64,000 nt of DNA from positions 288,001 through 352,000 of the forward strand of contig OZ244170.1 in the NCBI GenBank assembly GCA_965216565.1. Direction: 5' to 3'. The position numbers and the translations under genes were made by a program. The notes beneath the pieces are model-generated. The model did no database searches and was not told where the DNA came from. It was given only the letters and a program-made list of their open reading frames with translations. Positions 27,651 through 38,851 of the stretch are shown here, in pieces; within the stretch, counting starts at the first letter, position 1; the number at the start of each line of letters is the position of its first letter. The DNA is from Bythopirellula sp. GTDB lineage: Bacteria; Planctomycetota; Planctomycetia; Pirellulales; Lacipirellulaceae.

Positions 27651-28229
27651 CTACCCAAAGTAGTCCGGCTCGCCGCCGGGCTTCCATTTGATATTGCAAC
27701 CGAGGCTGGGGGTTTGATCCTCGGGAGGAGCATTACCGGCGAGCACCGCGTCGAGTGCCGCACGCAAGTCTTCGCCCGTTACCGGGATGCCACTGTCGGG
27801 GCGGCTGGAATCCATTTGCCCGCGGTAGACGAGTTGTTTGTCGGCGTCGAACACGTAGAAATCGGGTGTGCAGGCGGCACGGTAGGCTTTCGCCACGTCC
27901 TGAGTTTCGTCGTAGAGATAGGGAAACGCATAGCCTCGCTGCTCGGCCTCGGCGACCATTTGTTCGGGTGAGTCTGCCGGGTAGTTGGCTACGTCGTTAG
28001 AGCTAATGCCCACGACCGCGACGCCCTTCTGCATGTACTCCTGCGTAAGCTGTGCCAACTGGTCGGCCACGTGAATAACAAACGGGCAGTGATTGCACAT
28101 GAAAATCACGAGCAGTGCCGGGGCATCATCGAAATCGCTGAGCGAGACGGTTTGGCCATCGACGTTCATCAATGAAAAATCGGGGGCAGCGGTTCCCAAC
28201 GGCAACATGGTGCTGGGGGTACGAACCAT
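27651..28229 (-). CDS. Thioredoxin family (AhpC/TSA-like) protein
   Basis: LGTAAPDFSL, FMCNHCPFV, AACTPDF, SLGCNIKWK. Confidence 0.92.
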   Translation of the reverse strand: MVRTPSTMLPLGTAAPDFSLMNVDGQTVSLSDFDDAPALLVIFMCNHCPFVIHVADQLAQLTQEYMQKGVAVVGISSNDVANYPADSPEQMVAEAEQRGYAFPYLYDETQDVAKAYRAACTPDFYVFDADKQLVYRGQMDSSRPDSGIPVTGEDLRAALDAVLAGNAPPEDQTPSLGCNIKWKPGGEPDYFG

Positions 28230-28310
28230 TGTGGTATCTCCTGGAAATCGAGTTGGGCGCGAATTTCCTTGAGTATCCCGCATCCGGTCGCCTCGTGCAA
28301 TGGTCAGGCT

Positions 28311-28491
28311 TCTCGCAGAGCCGCAGAGGAAATGTTGTTAACCACGAAGGCACAAAGGACACGAAGAAGACTAAGAAGTGTCAGATTTCTACTCCTTTGC
28401 TTGGAGAAGTGACTTAGAGAATCTTCGTCCTTTTTCTTGTTTTTGTGACTTAAGAAGAGACCTCTCTGCGGCTCTGCGATTCTGCGAGAGA
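28311..28491. repeat. Nested short-period inverted repeats (CGCAGAG type outside, CACGAAG type inside)
   Basis: TCGCAGAGCCGCAGAG (28313-28328) is perfectly complementary to 28464-28479; inner ACCACGAAGGCACAAAGGACACGAAG faces a degenerate CTTCGTCC...TTTGTG arm. Confidence 0.75.
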
Positions 28492-28492
28492 A

Positions 28493-30838
28493 TTATTCAC
28501 CGAGCGTTTCGAGCACTTCCGGCGGGATGGTAATTCCGAGCGATTGAGCTCTACGAATACGCTCGCCTGCGTCTTCTAACTCGCCGAGTTGAAAGTGCAA
28601 GAGTCCCAGATTGTAGTTGAGAGTTGGCGAGTCCGGGTGCGCGTCCAGGCCACGCAGATAGACCTCCCTGGCTTGGTCGAGTTTGCCCATTTGTGCAAGC
28701 ACGCCGCCGAGGTTGCCGCAGAGTTCCGGATGGTTGGGCTCAAGCTCAGCTGCTTTTCTGAAAGCTTCGACAGCCTTGGCAGATTGATTCGAGAGATAGT
28801 AAGCATTGGCCAATTGGAGTTTTGCGCGGAAGCTCAAGGGATCGAGACGCGTTGCCTTGCCAAGAAAAACGAGCGCACTGCTGTAGTCACCACTCTGGGC
28901 CGAGGCGAGCCCCAATTGGTAGTAGATCTCTGGGGAGGTGCGGTTGGCCTTCAGCGCTCTCAAAAGTGGTCGCATCGCCTCTCGGTAGTCGCCAGCACTA
29001 TTCAGGGCTGAGCCTAACGCCAGGTTGATCCGCCAATCGTCGCGACTGCCTGCCTGCAGCAAAGTCGCCAACTTGGTGGCCTCGGCATGCTTGCCCTCTT
29101 GAGAGAGCAGGAGGACCTGATTGATCTCGGCGAGTTGCGACAGAGGGAATCTGTCTGCAATGGCATCAAGCGCCTGCTGCGCTTCTTCCGTTCGACCTAA
29201 GCTCAGGTAAAATTCCACGAGGTGTTGTCTTGGAGTTTCGAGATGGGGTTGCACCTCCACGGCCTGCAGGTAACGTTGCTCTGCCGCCTGCGTCTCGCCC
29301 AGCTTGACGAGCACCTTCCCCAGGTCGGTGTGGTAGCTCCAGTTCCGCGGGGCAATCTTAATAGCTTGCTCGAATTCTTGTTGCGCCTCTTCCAGTCGGC
29401 CCGCCTTTAGCAAGGCAGCGCCCAACAGTCCGCGAATTGCATGGGAACGAGGTCGCAGTTGCAGCGCCTTTTGTGCGTGCTCGATCGCGGTTTGAGGATC
29501 TTCACCGACCAGCGCTTCTTGGGCGAGCAGACTTTGAGTTTCGGGTAGCGAAGGCGTCAACTCCGCCAACGCATGCACACGGCTTGCCTTCAGCGTTTGC
29601 CATTGGTCGCGACGTTGCCACTCGCTGTAGAACAGCCCGCCGACAACTGCCAGCAGAATAGCCCACTTGCCAAGATGGGATAGACCGGACACGTAGTGCA
29701 TTAACGGCGTCCCCTCGGTGACGCTGTCGACCAAGTTCTCTTGCGTCTTGCGCTCGCTGACCTTCCAGATGAAGCCATCGAAATAAAAATGCAGGAACGA
29801 AGAAGTGACAAACAAAGCCATCAGCCATTGATGGGCATCTTCGCTCCCCGGCTGATAAACGTATTCGTTCGCGTCTGATGCCAGGAGCCGAATGGAGCTA
29901 TACGCGGCGATGGCCGCCAGATACACGCACAGCATGGTTCTACTATTACGAAATAGGAAACCTAGCGGCCCGAAGCGATTGCCGGCACGCTCCATCAATC
30001 GGCGATTGTAGATCCACACAATGGCGTAGTACTGCACCGCGTGGTAGATCTCGAACATTGCCAGCCCGATCAGCAAATTGGTCGAAAGCCGACCTGTGTA
30101 CCAGTAGAACCAACCAGTGATGCCCACCAACCACAGTTTGATCCAGCTGACGGGGTGCCCTGCCTTTTTGCGATTCAGCAGATTGATGGCATAGAGAATC
30201 ACTGTACCGATACCTGCCGCGGCAACCAGCGACCGCACGACATACAGCACGTTCGGTCCAAACAAAGGCAACCCCGATTGCCACATGGCATTGGCAACGC
30301 CATAGACTCGTGCATCGCTGAAAACGACACCGGCAACAAATACTACCACACACAGCCAATGATCGAGCCGTGCGGACCAGGCGTCGTTCACGCCCAGTCG
30401 AACATCGTAGATGCGCATAAAGCCATAGGTTTGCATCAGCCCATGCCAGGTCCCCCAAATGAGCAAGATCAAGTCGAGCCCGTGCAAATGTTGCCAGGGA
30501 AGATGCAACGCGCCAGCCAACTGACTGGGAGGTGTAAATAGCAGTGCTAGTCCAAGAACTAATGGAGGAACCAGAAGGAATCGCCAACGGAATCTTAGAA
30601 AGAGTTCTCGATCGCCGTAAGCGCGCATAAAGCCGGGCAAGTGGTGCCCCAGCGACGCAAAGGCAATCACGCCCAGTGAGACTTCCTCTGGTGTAAGCCA
30701 GTGCCGTGCTAGAAGCAGCACAATCGGCACAATCGCTATCGGAGTCAGCACCACATACGCCATGTCCCACCAGGCAGAGACGATCCAGGGCCGCCGGGGG
30801 GCAGTTTCAGCGGCAGATGTGGCTATAGGCGAGGACAC
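28493..30838 (-). CDS. Polytopic membrane protein with C-terminal TPR array
   Basis: About 400 aa of hydrophobic N-terminus with His motifs, followed by many TPR-like units such as LGAALLKAGRLEEAQQEFEQAIKIAP. Confidence 0.85.
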   Translation of the reverse strand: MSSPIATSAAETAPRRPWIVSAWWDMAYVVLTPIAIVPIVLLLARHWLTPEEVSLGVIAFASLGHHLPGFMRAYGDRELFLRFRWRFLLVPPLVLGLALLFTPPSQLAGALHLPWQHLHGLDLILLIWGTWHGLMQTYGFMRIYDVRLGVNDAWSARLDHWLCVVVFVAGVVFSDARVYGVANAMWQSGLPLFGPNVLYVVRSLVAAAGIGTVILYAINLLNRKKAGHPVSWIKLWLVGITGWFYWYTGRLSTNLLIGLAMFEIYHAVQYYAIVWIYNRRLMERAGNRFGPLGFLFRNSRTMLCVYLAAIAAYSSIRLLASDANEYVYQPGSEDAHQWLMALFVTSSFLHFYFDGFIWKVSERKTQENLVDSVTEGTPLMHYVSGLSHLGKWAILLAVVGGLFYSEWQRRDQWQTLKASRVHALAELTPSLPETQSLLAQEALVGEDPQTAIEHAQKALQLRPRSHAIRGLLGAALLKAGRLEEAQQEFEQAIKIAPRNWSYHTDLGKVLVKLGETQAAEQRYLQAVEVQPHLETPRQHLVEFYLSLGRTEEAQQALDAIADRFPLSQLAEINQVLLLSQEGKHAEATKLATLLQAGSRDDWRINLALGSALNSAGDYREAMRPLLRALKANRTSPEIYYQLGLASAQSGDYSSALVFLGKATRLDPLSFRAKLQLANAYYLSNQSAKAVEAFRKAAELEPNHPELCGNLGGVLAQMGKLDQAREVYLRGLDAHPDSPTLNYNLGLLHFQLGELEDAGERIRRAQSLGITIPPEVLETLGE

Positions 30839-31085
30839 GGCAGACCATGAGTTATACTTGAGGGCACACTTCTAGCCCTTAATTATTGCACTTCAATTAT
30901 TACACCCTGGTGCGGTTCGGGCAGAGGGCAATTGGATCCTTGGAAAATAACGCCTAGAGCCTGTTTTTCTTGGAATTCGATGCCGTACGGTTTATGCTGA
31001 ATAGATAGGCGAACCCGACCCACTGGCGGCGAAGCCCCACTTTCAAGGTACCCTCGCATCCTTCCTGGCAAGGTAAACGAACAAG

Positions 31086-32009
31086 ATGAGACTCTCAGAA
31101 CAGATCAAGTGGCTGGCAATCCTCTCCATCGTGGCAATCAATTTGTCCGCGCTGGTATCAAAAAACGTCCACGCAAAAGAATCCGATCCTGCCCCGTCCA
31201 AGCCAGACGTAGCCCTGGCCGAGGATGCCGAGGAAGAATCTGACGCAATCGATATCTTTCAGGCGATCGACGATGGCCTGGTTGATGTCAAGTTTGTTGC
31301 CCGCAACGCCAAGGAAGGTCGCTTGGTAATGACCAATAAAACCGACGAACCCGTTGAGGTCCAAATTCCCGAAGCCTTTGCCGGTGTACCTGTGCTGCGA
31401 CAGTTCGGCGGCGGCGGTGGTGGTGGCGGATTCGGTGGCGGCGGTGGTGGCGGTGGTGGTAACCAAAGCGTCGGCGGCGGTGGTGGCGGCGGTCGAGGTG
31501 GTGGTGGTGGTGGTCGAGGCGGTGGAGGTGGCCGATTCAACATTGCACCTGAGAAAATCCAGCGCGTCGATGTCCCCTTGGTTTGTTTAGATCACGGTTT
31601 GAAGGATCCTTCTTCCAGCAAGAAGTATGAAATCCGTCCTATCGAAGATGTCGTCGACAGCCCGGCACTAGTCGAAGTAGTCAAGGCCTATGCCAACGGC
31701 GAATTGCCCTACGGTGCTTCGCAGGCTGCTGTTTGGAATATGAACAGTGACGTTAGCTGGATCGAGCTTTCGAACAAGCTCACCGGTACTAAACGTAACG
31801 TGGTCCGCAACTACTACTTCTCTCGGACTGAAATCCGAGTTGCAATGGCGATTGCCCATCAGGCAGAGGCGATGACCGAAGGCGACACACTGGAACGTCG
31901 CAATTGGATACCACCTCGACTACGCAAGGATGATGCGAAGACCCCTGATGAGGAGCCCACTTCAGAATCGGAACTTATCGCTCCGGAAGACGAAGATAGC
32001 GCTGCTTAG
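31086..32009 (+). CDS. Secreted hypothetical protein with poly-Gly tract and thioester-domain-like motifs
   Basis: Signal peptide (VHA/KE), Gly tract at 31407-31532, VCLDHG...P and SQAAVW. Confidence 0.8.
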   Translation: MRLSEQIKWLAILSIVAINLSALVSKNVHAKESDPAPSKPDVALAEDAEEESDAIDIFQAIDDGLVDVKFVARNAKEGRLVMTNKTDEPVEVQIPEAFAGVPVLRQFGGGGGGGGFGGGGGGGGGNQSVGGGGGGGRGGGGGGRGGGGGRFNIAPEKIQRVDVPLVCLDHGLKDPSSSKKYEIRPIEDVVDSPALVEVVKAYANGELPYGASQAAVWNMNSDVSWIELSNKLTGTKRNVVRNYYFSRTEIRVAMAIAHQAEAMTEGDTLERRNWIPPRLRKDDAKTPDEEPTSESELIAPEDEDSAA

Positions 32010-33733
32010 GCCGCGGGACGCTGAATTTTTCGGGTCGCAGCCAGTAGCTGTTGGATTTCGCGCTGATACTCGTCCTTTTCAGACTGCCAGCGTAGTTCCT
32101 CGTCTGAAAACTGACGATGTTGCGTCTCGAGTTCCTTCTCTCGCGCCACCAGATGGGCAGCCCGTTGTTCCAAGTCGCGTTCCCGGCGGCCGAACCATTG
32201 TTCGAGCTCAGCACGACGCGACTCCAATTGCTGATGCTCCTCCGACAATTCGCTGCGTACCGACTCCAATTGCCGGCGACGGTTTTGAACCTCGTCCGAG
32301 GCGAGCTGAAAGTGCTCGGCTAGTTTTGTACGTTGCTGGGCAATAGACCGCGATAAGGTTGCTGGAGCGAGCGCACCCTGCAACTGAAGCCATACCTGCT
32401 CGGCCGAGAGACGCATTTCTAGCACTTCTCGCTGCGCGGCACGCAGTTCTTCCTGCAACTGTTCGAGGGCCGTCTGGCGTTGCTCGAGCTCAGCTTCCCG
32501 ACTGTCGAGTTGCTTGCTGCTATGTTCAAAGCGAGATAGCTGTTGCTGCTTCTCTTCGGTAAGCTGTCGCCGTTCGCGAGTTACCTGATTCTCGAAGCAA
32601 AGTTGTTGATGCTCAAGCTCCCGTTGTGCGTCAGCCAATTGGACCTGTTGTTCAGCGAGAAGCGATTCGGCTTTCGTCAAATAGGCGTCGCGCTGCAGGT
32701 ATTGGTGCTCTCTTTCCTGCAGCTCGACCATCTTCTGTTCCGTAACACCTAAGCGTTCAAAACGTTCGAGGGCGGTCTTGATTTCTTGTTCGCGGAATTC
32801 GACGCGACGCTCTTTCTCTTTCCGCTGAGCATCTTCGCACTCTTGTGCCTGGATCTTCCGATCAAGCTCGACACGTTGGAATTCCGCCTCATTAGCGCGA
32901 GAGTTGAGTCGCTCTTCCCACTCCTTCAAGTCTTGCTGCCGTTGGTCAAGTTCGTCCCCGGTTCCGGAGAGCGATTGCCTGTGTTCGACGAGTGCGACCA
33001 GATCGTTGGTTAGTTTCTCGGCTTCCTTATAAAGCTCGGCCTCGCGCTTGTCGAGTTCGCGCTGACGCTCTTCAAAGGAGTGGCGAACTTCTTCCAGCTC
33101 TTCCTGCTTAGTCTTGGCAATCGCTTGCTGAATGTCTAGCTCTTGCAGCTTCTCCCGCATTTGCGATTCGGCAAACTCTAGTTCGGTCTGCAGCGTTTCC
33201 AACTGCTGTTCTTTGCGGGCCAGCTCTTCGGTGAGCTCTTGAGAAGTTTCCTGCGACTGGCCAGTATTGCCTGAGTTGCTGTTTGCATCGAGCGATTCTG
33301 CCTGTTCGTTGAGTGCTTGTTCCCGCTGATCGAGTTCCGATTCGCGACTCTCCAACCAAACCTTCGCCTTCCGGAGTCGCGCCTCGAGTTCCGCTTCATG
33401 CGAATTGAGTTGCGCTTCGCGACGGTCAAGCTCTGAGAGTCGGCCTTGCAATCGATCGCCGAGTTGCTCCGCCTGTTTGGCTAAGGTCGCAGGCGAGGCA
33501 TCTGCGTCTAGCAGTTGTCCGAATAGGAGTTCCACGACTTCTTGATCTGCAACTCGCTCGGAGGAAGCACTGCTTTGCTGCTCTGCAGAACCCACCAGCG
33601 ACAAGGCCGGCTTCTGCTGGTCTGGCGAGGACGAATCACTCCGCTGTATATGGTGGGCGCCATCGATCCGTGTTTCACGCATCGGAGCGTCCTGGGAGGT
33701 CTCGGATTGTGGGTTTTGCTGTTCGTTATCCAT
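32006..33733 (-). CDS. Long coiled-coil protein
   Basis: 575-aa ORF rich in E/Q/R/L with heptad character. Confidence 0.85.
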   Translation of the reverse strand: MDNEQQNPQSETSQDAPMRETRIDGAHHIQRSDSSSPDQQKPALSLVGSAEQQSSASSERVADQEVVELLFGQLLDADASPATLAKQAEQLGDRLQGRLSELDRREAQLNSHEAELEARLRKAKVWLESRESELDQREQALNEQAESLDANSNSGNTGQSQETSQELTEELARKEQQLETLQTELEFAESQMREKLQELDIQQAIAKTKQEELEEVRHSFEERQRELDKREAELYKEAEKLTNDLVALVEHRQSLSGTGDELDQRQQDLKEWEERLNSRANEAEFQRVELDRKIQAQECEDAQRKEKERRVEFREQEIKTALERFERLGVTEQKMVELQEREHQYLQRDAYLTKAESLLAEQQVQLADAQRELEHQQLCFENQVTRERRQLTEEKQQQLSRFEHSSKQLDSREAELEQRQTALEQLQEELRAAQREVLEMRLSAEQVWLQLQGALAPATLSRSIAQQRTKLAEHFQLASDEVQNRRRQLESVRSELSEEHQQLESRRAELEQWFGRRERDLEQRAAHLVAREKELETQHRQFSDEELRWQSEKDEYQREIQQLLAATRKIQRPAA

Positions 33734-33985
33734 GATCTTGCCGACCTAGGGATCGGAGCAGGTATCAAGGTTGCCGCAATCGGAAAAGTTTGCCTAAACG
33801 TCAAATCGGCAGTTGGGCTTGAGATATTCACCCTTCTCTCAGCAGAAGGGCGAAATGCTGGTGCCGCTAGCAGTGCTATTTGCGCCGGAGAAGCTTAACG
33901 GGCAGAGATTAATAGTTCAGCCGCGACTCGCAGTTTACCCGCCGTGGTGGGAGTCCTCGGGGCCCCGCAAATGACCTCGAAGCCC

Positions 33986-34020
33986 AAAAAAAGACCTCGG
34001 TACAAAAAGTACCGAGGCCT
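33986..34020 (-). terminator. Rho-independent terminator after trxA
   Basis: Minus strand AGGCCTCGGTAC-TTTTT-GTACCGAGGTC followed by T7. Confidence 0.85.
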
Positions 34021-34050
34021 GAGGATTTGTGATCTGGAGCCCGCCGACGC

Positions 34051-34374
34051 TTACGCTTTGGCAGCGTCGATGGCTTCTTGCAGTCGGGCTTTGGGCTGAG
34101 GACCCACAAAGCGGTCGACGACTTCGCCGTCCTTGAAGACCATCAACGTCGGAATGCTGCTGACGCCATAGTTTTGAGCGGCGCCGGGGGCTTCGTCGAC
34201 GTTGAGCTTAATCACTTTGGCTGAGCCATCGTTTTCGCCAGCCAACTCTTCTACGAGGGGAGCGATCTGCCGGCAGGGTCCGCACCAAGGAGCCCAGAAG
34301 TCGACGAGCACGGGCTCGCTGGACTGCAGGACCTCAGACTCAAAATTTGTGTCGTTAATTTCTTGAACACCCAT
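34051..34374 (-). CDS. trxA: Thioredoxin
   Basis: VLVDFWAPWCGPC, SIPTL; RBS GGAG upstream. Confidence 0.97.
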   Translation of the reverse strand: MGVQEINDTNFESEVLQSSEPVLVDFWAPWCGPCRQIAPLVEELAGENDGSAKVIKLNVDEAPGAAQNYGVSSIPTLMVFKDGEVVDRFVGPQPKARLQEAIDAAKA

Positions 34375-34507
34375 GACATTGTCTCCGTGAATAGGGGGGA
34401 GGGCCGCCGGCTGCCCCATTAATTTGTGGTCGAAAGCTCGGCGGGGAGGGATAGTGAAGTTCTATACGCACGTTCACTATAGAAGGTTCGCCAGCCGATG
34501 TGGAGTG

Positions 34508-34536
34508 ATTATTGAAAATCTGGAAGATTCTGTCAA
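34508..34536 (-). promoter_or_regulatory. Sigma70-type promoter of trxA
   Basis: Minus strand TTGACA-N17-AATAAT. Confidence 0.6.
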
Positions 34537-34806
34537 CGAAGACCGTATTCTTTAAGGCCTTAGTAGAATTGCACTTAGAGGCCATTCCTGAAGTGTGCTA
34601 GGGCTTAAGGGGAGCTGAATTGGACCATTCTGGAACAAACCGCCGATTGTGCGGACATTCTCCGCTCTCCTAGCGATTCGACCCAGCGAATCGACATTAG
34701 GCATTCTGGCAATGAATCTTCACTGGCTCGCACATTCTCGAGCAGACTTGCTACGATGCCGTTTCTACGTCAATCCAATAAGCAACTCTTACGGATTTCG
34801 CTTGCC

Positions 34807-36279
34807 ATGTCCCGTGTTTTTACTCTGTTGCTGGTAGCGTTCTGTGCGACGCGACTCCATGCCGACGATAAGCCCAACATCATTGTTATTCTGACCGACG
34901 ATCAGGGTTGGGGAGATATTGGGTACAACAATCCCAAGGTCTACTCCCCAAACATGAACAAGTTGGCAGCGGCTGGTGCGACGTTATCTCAGCACTATGT
35001 CATGCCGCAATGCACGCCAACGCGCTTAGCACTCTTTACCGGACGATACCCTGGGCGGTTTGGTATATCCGGATTGCAAGCCGCGAATCGTCCGCTGATA
35101 CCTCACGGAACCTTAACGATGGCTTCATTTTTGAAAGCCAACGGGTACAAGACTTATCTCACCGGCAAATGGCACATGGGATCTTGGCCCGCACATGGGC
35201 CAAATCAACACGGCTTCGATTACTCGTACGGAGGATTCGCCGGCGCCGTTGGTGCCTATGTTCATCTATACCGAGCACCCATGGAGGAGCATGTCAATTC
35301 GATTACGTGGCATCGCAATCACAAAATCATTCCGGGCCACGAGAATGGTCGTCACGTCACCGATTTAGTGACCGAAGATGCGATCCGCGTAATCAAAGAA
35401 AATCGTGATAATCCGTTTTTTCTGTACCTGCCTTACTTTGCCCCTCATACTCCCCTTGACGAGCGCGGCAACAACGTGCGAGTTCCTACCCAACTCGATG
35501 CAGATAATCCCGGCCGCTGGTACCGCGAAGACAAGATCAAGTGGTTCAACGATCCTGAAGGAATCATCCAGCAGGAGGAAGACCCCGAGCGACGCCTGTT
35601 TTTGGCGGTCGTGCATCACCTTGACCACGCCATCGGACAGGTCGTCGATGCTCTTGAGGAGACAGGCCAGAGAGACAATACGGTCATCTTCTTTTCGTCG
35701 GATAACGGGCCCCAAGTCAACTGGAACGGCGGGGCATATCCCTCCGATCTTCGCCTGACAGACTTCAATCAGCCGATCCCTTTCCGCGGATCCAAGTCGC
35801 AAGTTTACGAAGGCGGCATCCGCGTTCCGGGGTTTGTGAATTGGCCAGGCAGAATTGTTCCGAAGAACATTGATTCGGTTTTGCACATCGTCGACTGGTT
35901 GCCCACCGTGGCTGGCATTCTCGAAGCAGACCTCACCGTGCCCAACGCGCAGCCCGTGGTTGATGGTTTAGACTTTTCGCCCCTGTTGCTGACGGATCAA
36001 CAATCACTCGACGAGGATCGCGACATCTATTCAATCCACCGTCCGAAACCAGACAAATGGGCGATTCGTTGGGGAGACTGGAAAATTGTCTCCTATCAAG
36101 AGCAGGAGCCAATCGCCGAGTCGTGGCAGCTTTACAATCTGAAAAACGATCCCGCAGAGACCACAGATGTCGCCGCTGCGAACCGTGAGATTGTCGAGAA
36201 GTTGCACGAGCGGTTTCTGGTTCATCGAGCCAAAGATCACAAGCAACACAATTTCCCTGACTTTGTGGGGCCCGATTGA
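34807..36279 (+). CDS. Arylsulfatase (S1, formylglycine-dependent), secreted
   Basis: KPNIIVILTDDQGWGD, CTPTR (CxPxR), GKWH, SSDNG, YEGGIRVP. Confidence 0.95.
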   Translation: MSRVFTLLLVAFCATRLHADDKPNIIVILTDDQGWGDIGYNNPKVYSPNMNKLAAAGATLSQHYVMPQCTPTRLALFTGRYPGRFGISGLQAANRPLIPHGTLTMASFLKANGYKTYLTGKWHMGSWPAHGPNQHGFDYSYGGFAGAVGAYVHLYRAPMEEHVNSITWHRNHKIIPGHENGRHVTDLVTEDAIRVIKENRDNPFFLYLPYFAPHTPLDERGNNVRVPTQLDADNPGRWYREDKIKWFNDPEGIIQQEEDPERRLFLAVVHHLDHAIGQVVDALEETGQRDNTVIFFSSDNGPQVNWNGGAYPSDLRLTDFNQPIPFRGSKSQVYEGGIRVPGFVNWPGRIVPKNIDSVLHIVDWLPTVAGILEADLTVPNAQPVVDGLDFSPLLLTDQQSLDEDRDIYSIHRPKPDKWAIRWGDWKIVSYQEQEPIAESWQLYNLKNDPAETTDVAAANREIVEKLHERFLVHRAKDHKQHNFPDFVGPD

Positions 36280-36325
36280 AATGGAGTCTTCGACGTGAGG
36301 CGAGTTTCAGCGATGCGAGCCCTAG

Positions 36326-38669
<2,344 letters not shown>

Positions 38670-38851
38670 TAGATTGCCGTCCCTAAACCATGTTGGTAGC
38701 CGCACAGAGCAGATTATATCACGATGGCCCCGCTTGTCATTTGCACGGGTCTACGTTGATGACTCACTAGAAGAACTACCGGCCTATGGGGTAAAATATC
38801 GGGTTTGGCTATTGGCCGCGAGAATCAATAGAGAGCACATCCTTGGCGAAC

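Noticed and set aside
31158..31590. Poly-Pro and poly-Thr/Ala ORFs
   Set aside because: Antisense or alternate-frame shadows of the GGN-codon Gly tract.
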